This document shows, one piece after another, positions 1-7,849 of a stretch of 64,000 bases of DNA; the stretch's first letter is position 1, and each line of letters begins with the position of its first letter. The notes beneath the pieces are model-generated. The model ran no database searches, was not told the origin of the DNA, and saw only the letters and a program-made list of their open reading frames with translations. The translations under genes and the position numbers were made by a program. This stretch comes from a virus (lineage: Duplodnaviria; Caudoviricetes): positions 1-64,000 of IMG/VR virus record IMGVR_UViG_3300030330_006692; one strand, given 5' to 3'.

Positions 1-1
1 A

Positions 2-172
2 GTAGGTGATATTGTTAAACGTTTTCTTACCGATCAGTTCGGCATCGTGCTGGACATCAAGCCGCTTGGTTCTATTCATGTGATGTGGACTACACAGGGC
101 GACTCGTTGTTCGGTCCTGGTAGCAAAGAATGGTGTGATGAAAGAAGTTTGGAACTCCTGACATCCTCTTGA
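2..172 (+). CDS. 5'-truncated small SH3/KOW-like protein (VGDIVKR...GIVLDI...VMW...LELL)
   Basis: Hand translation of frame 2; same VGD(I/L)V...GIV...W...LE pattern as many neighbours; stop TGA 170-172. Confidence 0.7.
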   Translation, partial: VGDIVKRFLTDQFGIVLDIKPLGSIHVMWTTQGDSLFGPGSKEWCDERSLELLTSS

Positions 173-232
173 CAACTAATCACTTGCGAACCTCGCTCAC
201 CTATGCTATATTATATAGGTAATCAAGGAGAA
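158..232 (+). promoter_or_regulatory. Early promoter cassette copy 1
   Basis: CTGACA 158, TTGACA 169, -35 TTGCGA 184, TG-c-TATATT 204-212 (17-bp spacer), AAGGAG RBS. Confidence 0.85.
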
Positions 233-236
233 CTAC

Positions 237-1115
237 ATGTCATACAATGGAACCGTCCGCTGCTCTTACTGCTTCCAAACTGGTCACAACAGGCGCACTT
301 GCCCTGAGCTTAGTGAAGCCACTGCGCGCCTGTGGCGCAACGCCAAGAGCAGCTACGATCGCATGGTTAAGGAAGGTAAGACCGAGATGTCCGACATGTA
401 CAAGTCGCGTATGCAAAGCTATGCCGACCGCTACGCAACGCGCACCGGCAAGGATGTCGCGACTGGCGAAGATATTGTCATGACTAAGGAGACCAAGAAA
501 GCAGCCAAGGCAAAGCGACTGAAGAACATCCGCTGCTCGTACTGTGGCAACACTGGACACACGCGCCGGACCTGTCAGGATCTAAAGGACGACAGGCAAG
601 TTTACCTCAAGGCTGTCCTTGACAAGCGGATTGATGCTCTGAACAAAATGCGTGAGCTTGGTGTCGGTGTCGGCTCGCTCGCCAAGATGCAGCGGTATGG
701 CTACTGGCCAGACAAGGAGAACGGTGGAACCACTTGGGGTTCTCGCCTGCGCCCGATGTTGCTGAGAAACATCAACTGGTCAGCGATTCTCCCGCACAAT
801 GACAGGTTGACCAACCTGTACCACTTTCACGATGCTGCACAGCTTTGCGGCGATGGGGATCACTACTCTTGGACCGACGAGGGCTACAACTTTGCTGCCG
901 ATGCTGTGGAGAACGGCTCTCTTACTCCATCTGGAACCATCAATCCGCCCGATGGCTGGTTTGAGGGCAAAGATGTTGACATGTCATATGTCTTCCCTCC
1001 GGGCAAGCTGCGTGACTGGGCTTTCCGCGATGCTCATCAGAGGATCCTCAATGACGATCCCCCACAGAGCCATAACACCGAGCTTTACAAGGCTCGCAAG
1101 TCGCTGGGGATCTAA
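237..1115 (+). CDS. Protein with two CCHC zinc knuckles
   Basis: CSYCFQTGHNRRTC and CSYCGNTGHTRRTC = CX2CX4HX4C; RBS and promoter upstream. Confidence 0.8.
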   Translation: MSYNGTVRCSYCFQTGHNRRTCPELSEATARLWRNAKSSYDRMVKEGKTEMSDMYKSRMQSYADRYATRTGKDVATGEDIVMTKETKKAAKAKRLKNIRCSYCGNTGHTRRTCQDLKDDRQVYLKAVLDKRIDALNKMRELGVGVGSLAKMQRYGYWPDKENGGTTWGSRLRPMLLRNINWSAILPHNDRLTNLYHFHDAAQLCGDGDHYSWTDEGYNFAADAVENGSLTPSGTINPPDGWFEGKDVDMSYVFPPGKLRDWAFRDAHQRILNDDPPQSHNTELYKARKSLGI

Positions 1116-1197
1116 CAATCCCCTTGACATTCTCTTTACAACTTATCCCTTGCAATCTCTGTTCCCCCATGCTATATTATATAGGTAATCAAGGAGA
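1112..1197 (+). promoter_or_regulatory. Early promoter cassette copy 2
   Basis: CTAACA 1112, TTGACA 1124, TTTACA 1135, -35 TTGCAA 1150, TGcTATATT -10 at 1173, AAGGAG. Confidence 0.85.
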
Positions 1198-1203
1198 GAA
1201 CCA

Positions 1204-1689
1204 ATGAAAGTTCGCAACGCCATCAAGAAAGTCAAATCCCACTTCGCCAAGCAAGGCATCGACATCGATGTGCAGCTTATTGGTCATCGCTGGACATTTG
1301 TTCACAACGGCTATGTCGGCTCGTTCCTCGCCAACGGTGCCTGCACCGATGAGGATCAGATGGACGCCGACGCACACAACTTCCACGTGCGCCGTGAGAA
1401 TGACCATAGCTGTCTGTACTCCGACTATCATGCTGGCTCGTTCCGTGATAACATCACGCAAGTTTGTGAGAGTCTGTTGCCGCCTGCGCCTAAGTTCGCC
1501 GTCGGCTCACTCGTGCGAGGCAAGCAGAACAAGCGCGCAATGCGCCAGGGCTACGCTGGCAAGGTGGGTCTTGTGGTGCCGAATGGTACGGGCAGTAGCC
1601 GCTATGCTAAGGTGGCTTGGGTTGGTGAGGCTCAACCTAAGTGGGGCTGGGCGACTTATCCAGAGCGTGACCTTGAATTGGTTAGTTGA
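1204..1689 (+). CDS. Hypothetical early protein with C-terminal SH3-like module
   Basis: C-term KFAVGSLVRG...VGLVV...VAW...DLELVS; RBS upstream. Confidence 0.75.
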   Translation: MKVRNAIKKVKSHFAKQGIDIDVQLIGHRWTFVHNGYVGSFLANGACTDEDQMDADAHNFHVRRENDHSCLYSDYHAGSFRDNITQVCESLLPPAPKFAVGSLVRGKQNKRAMRQGYAGKVGLVVPNGTGSSRYAKVAWVGEAQPKWGWATYPERDLELVS

Positions 1690-1752
1690 CAAATCGCTTG
1701 ACATTTCCCTGACAACAAAATACTTGCACTAAATGACATCCCATGCTATATT
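1686..1752 (+). promoter_or_regulatory. Early promoter cassette copy 3
   Basis: TTGACA 1686, TTGACA 1698, CTGACA 1709, -35 TTGCAC 1724, TGcTATATT -10 at 1747. Confidence 0.85.
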
Positions 1753-1798
1753 TATAGAGTAAGGCAAAGAACTAACACCCTCAACACTGGAGCCCAAC

Positions 1799-2887
1799 AT
1801 GGCTATCGACTTCGCAACATTCCTCAACGTCGCCCCTCACATCCTCAACAGCAAGCTGCCTGTACTTATCCGTGGTCGCCACGGTGTCGGCAAGTCCGAG
1901 GTGGTCTACCAGATCGCCGCAACTCGCGACCTGCCTGTGGTCGAGCGCCGCGCTTCTCAGATGACCGAGGGTGACCTTCTTGGTTTGCCCGATGTGGCTG
2001 ACACGTCCATCAACGGTCGCAAGGCTACCACTTGGAACGCGCCTGACTGGCTTGTAACCGCTTGTGAACAGCCTGTCCTTCTCTTCCTCGATGAGGTGGA
2101 CCGCGCGACCATGGAGGTCCGTCAGGGTCTCTTCGAGTTGACCGACAGCCGCAAACTGAACGGCTGGCACCTCCACGCCGACACCCTGATCGTCGCTGCC
2201 GTCAACGGCGGTGAGCACGGCGCTCAGTACCAAGTTGGCGAGATGGACCCAGCCGAGCTTGACCGCTGGACCGTCTTCGATGTCGAGCCTTCCACCGAGG
2301 ACTGGCTCAAGTGGGCTAACGATCGCGTGCCGTCGGTCGTTTGGGACTTCATTAATCACAACCGTAAGCACTTGGAGCACGAGGGTGACTTCGAGCCTAA
2401 CAAGGTCTACCCTTCCCGTCGCTCATGGAAGCGATACTGCGACACCGCAGAGCCCGCGGGTGTGTTCGGTGAGGACGGAGACCGCGATCTTCTCTTCAAC
2501 CTTGCGACCGCGTTCCTTGGTTTCGAGGCTGCTGTGTCCCTTCGTGACTTCGTTGAGAAGTACGAGTGGCAAGTGACCATTGAGGATATCCTTGACCTTG
2601 GAGACTTCTCCAAGACCGACAAGTGGGGCATCAACGACCACGCTGCTATGATTGAGAAGTTTGAGGCTTCTGGAGTCTTCAAGGATGATCTCGCTGAGAC
2701 TCAGGTCGGTAACCTTGCCGAATACTTTGTATCTCTGCCATCAGAGATCGCCATGAAGCTGTGGACCGTTCTCGGTGACACCGATAACATCAACAATGTT
2801 GTGGCTCTGCACAAGGCGGAGACCACCGACGGTCGCCGGGTCTCCGATCACCTTGTCGAGATCCTTGGTGGCAACACTGAAGACTAA
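1799..2887 (+). CDS. MoxR-type AAA+ ATPase
   Basis: Walker A GRHGVGKS, Walker B LLFLDEVDR, AAVN sensor, DPAELDRW Arg-finger. Confidence 0.9.
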   Translation: MAIDFATFLNVAPHILNSKLPVLIRGRHGVGKSEVVYQIAATRDLPVVERRASQMTEGDLLGLPDVADTSINGRKATTWNAPDWLVTACEQPVLLFLDEVDRATMEVRQGLFELTDSRKLNGWHLHADTLIVAAVNGGEHGAQYQVGEMDPAELDRWTVFDVEPSTEDWLKWANDRVPSVVWDFINHNRKHLEHEGDFEPNKVYPSRRSWKRYCDTAEPAGVFGEDGDRDLLFNLATAFLGFEAAVSLRDFVEKYEWQVTIEDILDLGDFSKTDKWGINDHAAMIEKFEASGVFKDDLAETQVGNLAEYFVSLPSEIAMKLWTVLGDTDNINNVVALHKAETTDGRRVSDHLVEILGGNTED

Positions 2888-2889
2888 TC

Positions 2890-3129
2890 ATGTTTCATCG
2901 ACTACCGCCGATTGACCGTGACCCGGAGGTGGGTGACCTTTGCAGGCTCAATGGAGCCGAGGGTCAAGCCCATCGCTTCCGCGAAAAGCATGGTGTTGGC
3001 ATGATTGTCAAGAAGCACGTGATTAGTGAGAACTCCAGAGCAGTTCAGTACGAGATTAAATGGCTGAAAAGCGAGGAACACATGAGGTTTTTCAAAGATG
3101 ACATCTTTATCATCTCAGACGTGGACTGA
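2890..3129 (+). CDS. Small SH3-like protein
   Basis: EVGDLCRL...GVGMIVKK...YEIKW. Confidence 0.65.
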   Translation: MFHRLPPIDRDPEVGDLCRLNGAEGQAHRFREKHGVGMIVKKHVISENSRAVQYEIKWLKSEEHMRFFKDDIFIISDVD

Positions 3130-3322
3130 TAGGCTAGAAATCGGTGACTTGGTGTTCGCTGTCAGAGATGGCAAGCCCGGTATAGTGCTTGACAAAGAAG
3201 AGATGGCACAAGCCAAATACGGCGACATAGCGAACAAGCGATGGAGGTTCAGGCTTCACATCGACGGAGAGCAAGGGTGGTTAGACGAGGTCCGCATGAG
3301 GACCGGATACAGGATCCCTTGA
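3098..3322 (+). CDS. Small SH3-like protein
   Basis: LEIGDLVFAVRDGKPGIVLDK; start uncertain. Confidence 0.6.
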   Translation: MTSLSSQTWTDRLEIGDLVFAVRDGKPGIVLDKEEMAQAKYGDIANKRWRFRLHIDGEQGWLDEVRMRTGYRIP

Positions 3323-3388
3323 CATTTCCTTGACAACTAAAACCTTGACTTTGCCCCTCCACGATGCTATATTATATATGTAAGGAGA
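3319..3388 (+). promoter_or_regulatory. Early promoter cassette copy 4
   Basis: TTGACA 3319, TTGACA 3330, -35 TTGACT 3345, TGcTATATT -10 at 3368, AAGGAG. Confidence 0.85.
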
Positions 3389-3394
3389 AAGAAC

Positions 3395-4633
3395 ATGTCC
3401 GACGACAAGACCACCAAGCCCTTCAATCTCAACATGCACACTGCTCGCCTGCTCATGCGCGAGCCGTTCTTCGCTGCTCTGTCTCGTCGTATTGACAAGA
3501 TTGAGTCAACTGCGATTCCTACCGCTGGTGTCCGCGTCAACCCTGACTCCGCTCAGTTTGAACTGATGTACAACCCTGAGTTCTTCGCTGCGCTCTCCGA
3601 CGAGCACAAGCAGGGTATCCTCATGCACGAGTTCTACCACCTTGTATTCGAGCACGTGACCAGCCGCAAGCCTGCCGATGGTCTTAAGCGCATCGACAAC
3701 ATTGCGATGGACCTCGCTATCAACTGCCACATTTCCAAGATGCTGCCAAGCGAGTCCAACCCTGGTCCAGAGATCAGCGGTGAGCCCATGCAAGCATGTA
3801 TCCCAGGTGAGGGCATGTTCAAGGATCTTCCTCCTTACAAGACCTACGAGTGGTATCTTGAAGAGCTTAAAAAGATGCAGCAAGAGCAGCAACAAGACGG
3901 CGACGGCGAGGGTGGTCAAGGCAATGGTGACCCTTTTGGTAACATGGACTCCCTTGACTCTCACGATGAGTTTGGCGATGTGGATGGCACGACCCAAGAG
4001 ATTGCCAGTGAGCGCATGAAGGAAGCTATCAAGAAAGCAGCAGAGGAAGCTGAGAAGTCCCGCAACTGGGGCTCCGTGTCCTCCACCATGCGCCAAGACA
4101 TCATGGAGCGCATTGCGACTAAGGTTGACTGGCGCAAGGTTCTTCGATACTTTGTCAAGACTTCACAGCGCGCCGACAAGCGTTCGACGCCTCGTCGTCT
4201 CAATAAGCGGTTCCCAAAGGTCCACCCTGGCAAGCGCGTCCGTCGCCAAGCTAAGATCGCCGTGTCCATCGACCAGTCTGGCTCTGTGGACGATGCGATG
4301 CTCGCCGCGTTCTTCTCCGAGTTGAACAAGCTGGCAGAGATCGCAGAGTTCACCGTCATCCCCTTCGACACCGCGGTAGCCGAGAGCAAGATCTATACAT
4401 GGAAGAAGGGTCAGAACAAGAAGACTGAGCGTGTTCTCACTGGTGGTACATGCTTCAACGCTCCTACCAAGTACGTCAACGAGAAGGGTTTCGATGGTCA
4501 CATCATCCTGACAGACCTGATGGCTCCTAAGCCAATCCCGTCCAAGTGCCAGCGCATGTGGATGACCACTAAGAACTACGCAGCGCGCCCGTACTTCACA
4601 ACTAACGAGCGGATCATTGCCATCGACGGTTGA
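3395..4633 (+). CDS. Metallopeptidase-like + VWA domain protein (DUF2201-type), partner of the MoxR ATPase
   Basis: HEFYH zincin motif, Q/G/D-rich linker, VSIDQSGS MIDAS, GGT, ILTD. Confidence 0.85.
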   Translation: MSDDKTTKPFNLNMHTARLLMREPFFAALSRRIDKIESTAIPTAGVRVNPDSAQFELMYNPEFFAALSDEHKQGILMHEFYHLVFEHVTSRKPADGLKRIDNIAMDLAINCHISKMLPSESNPGPEISGEPMQACIPGEGMFKDLPPYKTYEWYLEELKKMQQEQQQDGDGEGGQGNGDPFGNMDSLDSHDEFGDVDGTTQEIASERMKEAIKKAAEEAEKSRNWGSVSSTMRQDIMERIATKVDWRKVLRYFVKTSQRADKRSTPRRLNKRFPKVHPGKRVRRQAKIAVSIDQSGSVDDAMLAAFFSELNKLAEIAEFTVIPFDTAVAESKIYTWKKGQNKKTERVLTGGTCFNAPTKYVNEKGFDGHIILTDLMAPKPIPSKCQRMWMTTKNYAARPYFTTNERIIAIDG

Positions 4634-4700
4634 CATTTTACTGACACTTTTAGCCTTGATTGTTGAGTCGATCAGTGCTATATTTAATAGACAAAGGAGA
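4630..4700 (+). promoter_or_regulatory. Early promoter cassette copy 5
   Basis: TTGACA 4630, CTGACA 4641, -35 TTGATT 4656, TGcTATATT -10 at 4679, AAGGAG. Confidence 0.85.
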
Positions 4701-4706
4701 GAGATC

Positions 4707-5039
4707 ATGCCCGCAGACTTCACACCCCGCACTAATGACGATGTTATCGCCAAATGGATGGATGGCGTAAGTGCCCGTAATCACAGCAGAACTTTGAAGA
4801 GTGTGGCTTGGGATGATGGCTATGCTGACCTGTACAGCTATGAGCTAAAGATCGGTTCTCGGACTCCAACGGGTTCACTGATCGTTGCGGACTACACAGC
4901 GCCAGCCGGAGGGTTCCAGTCAATGACCACTTCTCAGCACGTCAATCTTGCCAAGGTTCACGCTTGTCGCGAGGGCGCACTCGTAATGCATCCTCTGGTC
5001 TGGGAGGCTTCCGCTCTGAGTGATGAGGTTCCATTCTAG
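4707..5039 (+). CDS. Hypothetical early protein (start corrected to MPADF)
   Basis: ATG 4707 follows the RBS; the upstream in-frame extension runs through the promoter. Confidence 0.75.
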   Translation: MPADFTPRTNDDVIAKWMDGVSARNHSRTLKSVAWDDGYADLYSYELKIGSRTPTGSLIVADYTAPAGGFQSMTTSQHVNLAKVHACREGALVMHPLVWEASALSDEVPF

Positions 5040-5242
5040 TGAGTAGGTTTAAGCCGGGTGATCTTGTGAAGGTCAAAGATGGAACGCACCAAGATGGCAT
5101 GCCTGCTCACCGGGTCGGCATGGTCATCGAGGAAGGCGAGACTTCAAAGTCATACTCTAAAGCGTACACGATCATATTTCTCGGCACTGACCTGCACTTA
5201 AAGTTTCATGAGACATTCTTAGAACCCTTTACAACCCATTGA
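5039..5242 (+). CDS. Small SH3/KOW-like protein
   Basis: FKPGDLVKVK...VGMVIEE...YTIIF...LEP. Confidence 0.75.
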   Translation: MSRFKPGDLVKVKDGTHQDGMPAHRVGMVIEEGETSKSYSKAYTIIFLGTDLHLKFHETFLEPFTTH

Positions 5243-5299
5243 CATCTTAAACCTTGACGATCGCTCTCAGGCGGTTATATTATATGTGTAGAAAGGAGA
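5228..5299 (+). promoter_or_regulatory. Early promoter cassette copy 6
   Basis: TTTACA 5228, TTGACA 5239, -35 TTGACG 5254, TATATT 5276 (16-bp spacer), AAGGAG. Confidence 0.8.
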
Positions 5300-5305
5300 A
5301 AACAC

Positions 5306-5500
5306 ATGCTTGCTATTCCACTCATCCGCACCGACACCGGCGATAGCCTGACACCCATCGAGCGCACCACACTTGCCTGCGAGCAGGTTGTTACTGCTCT
5401 GATGATGCAGGCTACCCTTGACGATCCGCAGATCACTGAACAGGAGCGCGAGACATACACAACCTTGTCCGTCGCTACCATCATTCCAGCAGAGGCATAG
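5306..5500 (+). CDS. Hypothetical early protein
   Basis: ORF directly after promoter and RBS. Confidence 0.7.
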   Translation: MLAIPLIRTDTGDSLTPIERTTLACEQVVTALMMQATLDDPQITEQERETYTTLSVATIIPAEA

Positions 5501-5671
5501 ATGACTGCTTTTGAGATCAAACTCTACAACGAAAAGACGCGCCGGTATCACTTTCTAGCGATGGTCGATGCCGAGAGTAAGGATGAGGCTCTTCAAAAGT
5601 TTATCAATCGCAACAAATATAAGGCGAAGCCCGGTTTTCACCTCTTTGTCAAGACTCCAGGGTGTCTATAA
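5501..5671 (+). CDS. Small hypothetical protein (56 aa, not in ORF track)
   Basis: Hand translation MTAFEIKLYNEK...KTPGCL; abuts upstream stop, TAATG coupling to next gene. Confidence 0.65.
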   Translation: MTAFEIKLYNEKTRRYHFLAMVDAESKDEALQKFINRNKYKAKPGFHLFVKTPGCL

Positions 5672-6006
5672 TGGAACTACCTATCAAAGTAACATGGCCG
5701 CCAATGCTTTACACTGACCGATCCGGTCAAAAGTGGGCTGTTTCTGGTCAGTTCTGGCTCCCAGTGGGCGAGACCGCTACGCTTGACTCCATTGACGATG
5801 TGATGGTTTATGAGCCTCGTAAAGCCTCTCCAGAGCCTTCTAACGTACAGTCTTGGAAGGTCCAAGGCAGTACTGGCAAAAGCTATACAGTGAGCTACGA
5901 TGGGCATGTATGGCGATGTACGTGTGCTGGCTTCGGGTGGCGTCGTAAGTGTCGCCATATCACGGAGAAGATGCACCAGAGCGCTGACAAGTCCTTGACA
6001 ACTTAA
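5671..6006 (+). CDS. SWIM zinc-finger protein
   Basis: VQGSTGKSYTV...WRCTCAGFGWRRKCRH (CxC...CxH). Confidence 0.8.
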   Translation: MELPIKVTWPPMLYTDRSGQKWAVSGQFWLPVGETATLDSIDDVMVYEPRKASPEPSNVQSWKVQGSTGKSYTVSYDGHVWRCTCAGFGWRRKCRHITEKMHQSADKSLTT

Positions 6007-6056
6007 ACCTTGACTTCTACCCGTATCGGTGCTATATTATAAGGGTAGAAAGGAGA
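5984..6056 (+). promoter_or_regulatory. Early promoter cassette copy 7
   Basis: CTGACA 5984, TTGACA 5995, -35 TTGACT 6010, TGcTATATT -10 at 6033, AAGGAG. Confidence 0.85.
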
Positions 6057-6060
6057 AACG

Positions 6061-6165
6061 ATGCAACTTAATCGTGTACTTACCGCAGCCATCGCCGCCG
6101 ATGCCATTTGTATGGGCGCTCTGGTATTTTTCGCAATCCACTGGTTTCAGTGTCCGACAGCATAG
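6061..6165 (+). CDS. 34-aa hydrophobic peptide
   Basis: MQLNRVLTAAIAADAICMGALVFFAIHWFQCPTA directly after RBS. Confidence 0.65.
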   Translation: MQLNRVLTAAIAADAICMGALVFFAIHWFQCPTA

Positions 6166-6174
6166 GAGATAAAA

Positions 6175-6567
6175 ATGTCTGATATTCTAAACATCCGAGT
6201 AACCGAGCGCGAGCTTGACCTTATTATGGACCTACTTCACGAGGCTGGTCTTCGCACTGATGCGGACGGACAGCCCGCAATCGAGATTTGCCACGATCTG
6301 ATGGAGCAAGCCGGTCGCGAGGTCGATGAGTGGGAGTCTACCGATCTTGACGGTCGCACTTTCACTGTCGCAGAGGATCACTTCATCGATCTCGGCATGC
6401 GAGCCCGTGAGATGCGCAAGGCTGAGAAGATGGCGCGCGGTGTGTCAATGGCTGCCGATCGGCGCGCTCATCGCTTCGGTGAGTTTAGCGTCGATGATCC
6501 TAATGATCGCTCTGACCAGCAGCGCGTTGACGTATGGGAACGCCCCAACGACCCAACGAAGTGGTAA
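6175..6567 (+). CDS. Hypothetical early protein
   Basis: AGGAG RBS, intact ORF. Confidence 0.75.
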   Translation: MSDILNIRVTERELDLIMDLLHEAGLRTDADGQPAIEICHDLMEQAGREVDEWESTDLDGRTFTVAEDHFIDLGMRAREMRKAEKMARGVSMAADRRAHRFGEFSVDDPNDRSDQQRVDVWERPNDPTKW

Positions 6568-6571
6568 GTAT

Positions 6572-6682
6572 ATGTGGTTATTGACTTTTTTGCTTGCTGC
6601 CGTTATCGAGGGTGTCCGAGATAACATCATTCTTGCCATTGAACATATCAAGGCTGACGTTGACAACTACTTGACAACTTAA
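6572..6682 (+). CDS. 36-aa hydrophobic-N-terminus peptide
   Basis: MWLLTFLLAAVIEG...NYLTT fills the gap, stop inside cassette copy 8. Confidence 0.45.
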   Translation: MWLLTFLLAAVIEGVRDNIILAIEHIKADVDNYLTT

Positions 6683-6736
6683 ACCTTGCAAACCCCCTCA
6701 CCCTATGTTATATTATAAGTATAGAAAGAAAGGAGA
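6660..6736 (+). promoter_or_regulatory. Early promoter cassette copy 8
   Basis: TTGACA 6660, TTGACA 6671, -35 TTGCAA 6686, TGtTATATT -10 at 6709, AAGGAG. Confidence 0.85.
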
Positions 6737-6743
6737 ACATTCT

Positions 6744-7085
6744 ATGCCGTCAACTCTTGTAAAATCTTATGTTACTCGTCTTCGCAATGCTGCCACTCGC
6801 CTCGATGCACAGCAGGTGATGCAGATTTGGCACGAAGCAGGACTCAACGAAACTCTTGGCGTCTCGGGCGTAGTCCAGATTCATCAGGCTAAGGGTGTTT
6901 CTGATATGATCTTTCATGCTAATCAAGCATGCCAAAAAATCAAGCTACAGCATTTGAACCCAAGCACTGAACTGCCGGAGTTGTCTGAACTTAAAAAGGA
7001 CGAACTCATCCGTCTTTGTAAGTTGCGTTCGGTTGGAGGATATTCTAAGCTGAACCGTGGACAGCTAATCGAGTTGTTGTCATAG
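6744..7085 (+). CDS. Protein with C-terminal Rho-N/SAP-like helical module (start corrected)
   Basis: LSELKKDELIRLCKLRSVGGYSKLNRGQLIELLS resembles Rho N-terminal domain. Confidence 0.7.
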   Translation: MPSTLVKSYVTRLRNAATRLDAQQVMQIWHEAGLNETLGVSGVVQIHQAKGVSDMIFHANQACQKIKLQHLNPSTELPELSELKKDELIRLCKLRSVGGYSKLNRGQLIELLS

Positions 7086-7087
7086 CC

Positions 7088-7160
7088 CTGACATCTTCTT
7101 GACAACTTAATCCTTGCGATCCGCTGCCCCCTATGTTATATTATAAGTATAGAAAGGAGA
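7088..7160 (+). promoter_or_regulatory. Early promoter cassette copy 9
   Basis: CTGACA 7088, TTGACA 7099, -35 TTGCGA 7114, TGtTATATT -10 at 7137, AAGGAG. Confidence 0.85.
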
Positions 7161-7167
7161 TAGTTCT

Positions 7168-7341
7168 ATGATTGAAGTCGGAAGCGTAGTTAAGAGCAAG
7201 TATCTGGTCAGTGGTCACGTTGCCCGCATTGGTCTAGTGACGAAGACTGTTGGAAAGCTCGCAGAGGTATTCTGGCCACATAGCCGGTCAAAGGGCTGGG
7301 TCAAGTGCGAGGACATGGAGGTGATCAATGCAAGTCGGTGA
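7168..7341 (+). CDS. SH3-like micro-protein 1 of tandem array (57 aa)
   Basis: MIEVGSVVKSK...IGLVTK...EVFW...DMEVINASR; not in ORF track. Confidence 0.8.
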   Translation: MIEVGSVVKSKYLVSGHVARIGLVTKTVGKLAEVFWPHSRSKGWVKCEDMEVINASR

Positions 7342-7486
7342 TTTGGTTGTGCAGGTAGGCTGGGAAGCTGACGGGGCAGGTATTGTCCTCAGCACCCGCG
7401 CCCAACGCTATGCTACTGTTTTGTGGCCCGGTGGAGAAGTGGAAATGCTACTCAGCGATCTGGAGGTGATCAATGCAAGTCGGTGA
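7328..7486 (+). CDS. SH3-like micro-protein 2 (52 aa)
   Basis: MQVGDLVVQV...AGIVLS...TVLW...DLEVINASR; GGAGG RBS. Confidence 0.8.
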   Translation: MQVGDLVVQVGWEADGAGIVLSTRAQRYATVLWPGGEVEMLLSDLEVINASR

Positions 7487-7628
7487 TCTGGTAAGCAGCA
7501 ACGGGCATTTGGCAATCGTGATATGCGTCAATGCCTATGAGACATTGATTAAGTGGTTCGATGATGGCATCGTTGAGGATGCCGACAACTATGGGACATC
7601 GCTGGAGGTGGTTAGTGCAAGTCGGTAG
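7473..7628 (+). CDS. SH3-like micro-protein 3 (51 aa)
   Basis: MQVGDLVSS...LAIVIC...LIKW...SLEVVSASR; GGAGG RBS. Confidence 0.8.
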   Translation: MQVGDLVSSNGHLAIVICVNAYETLIKWFDDGIVEDADNYGTSLEVVSASR

Positions 7629-7788
7629 TTTGGTCCGTGAGACTATGGATGGTAACATCGGGATCATCGTGGCGTGGGAAAATGACGGTTGGCTTGTCAA
7701 CTTCCCAAAACACGGCATGGTCTTCCATATGTTGCCGAGACTACTGGAGGTAGTTGACAACTCTCTTGACATTCTCTTGACAACTTAG
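7615..7788 (+). CDS. SH3-like micro-protein 4 (57 aa, GTG start)
   Basis: MQVGSLVRE...IGIIVAW...WLVNF...LLEVVD; GGAGG RBS. Confidence 0.8.
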   Translation: MQVGSLVRETMDGNIGIIVAWENDGWLVNFPKHGMVFHMLPRLLEVVDNSLDILLTT

Positions 7789-7841
7789 TTGTTGACTTTC
7801 GCCTCTCCCGGTGTTATATTATAAGTATAGAAAGAAAGGAG
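7754..7841 (+). promoter_or_regulatory. Early promoter cassette copy 10
   Basis: TTGACA 7754, 7766, 7777; -35 TTGACT 7792; TGtTATATT -10 at 7815; AAGGAG. Confidence 0.85.
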
Positions 7842-7849
7842 TTTATTCT

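Larger units (their letters stand above)
7317..7750 (+). repeat. Direct-repeat junctions GGAGGTGATCAATGCAAGTCGGTGAT
   Basis: Identical copies at 7317 and 7462, degenerate copy at 7604 (GGAGGTGGTTAGTGCAAGTCGGTAGT), partial GGAGGT at 7746; periods 145/142/142. Confidence 0.9.

Noticed and set aside
7317-7750. CRISPR array interpretation of the 26-bp repeats
   Set aside because: Spacers are ~117 bp and in-frame coding, the repeat is an RBS/start junction and not palindromic, and there are no cas genes
4617-7849. ORF-track starts at 4617, 6705, 7561 and 7811
   Set aside because: These extensions run through promoter cassettes or an upstream gene; RBS-linked starts are 4707, 6744, 7615 and 7850
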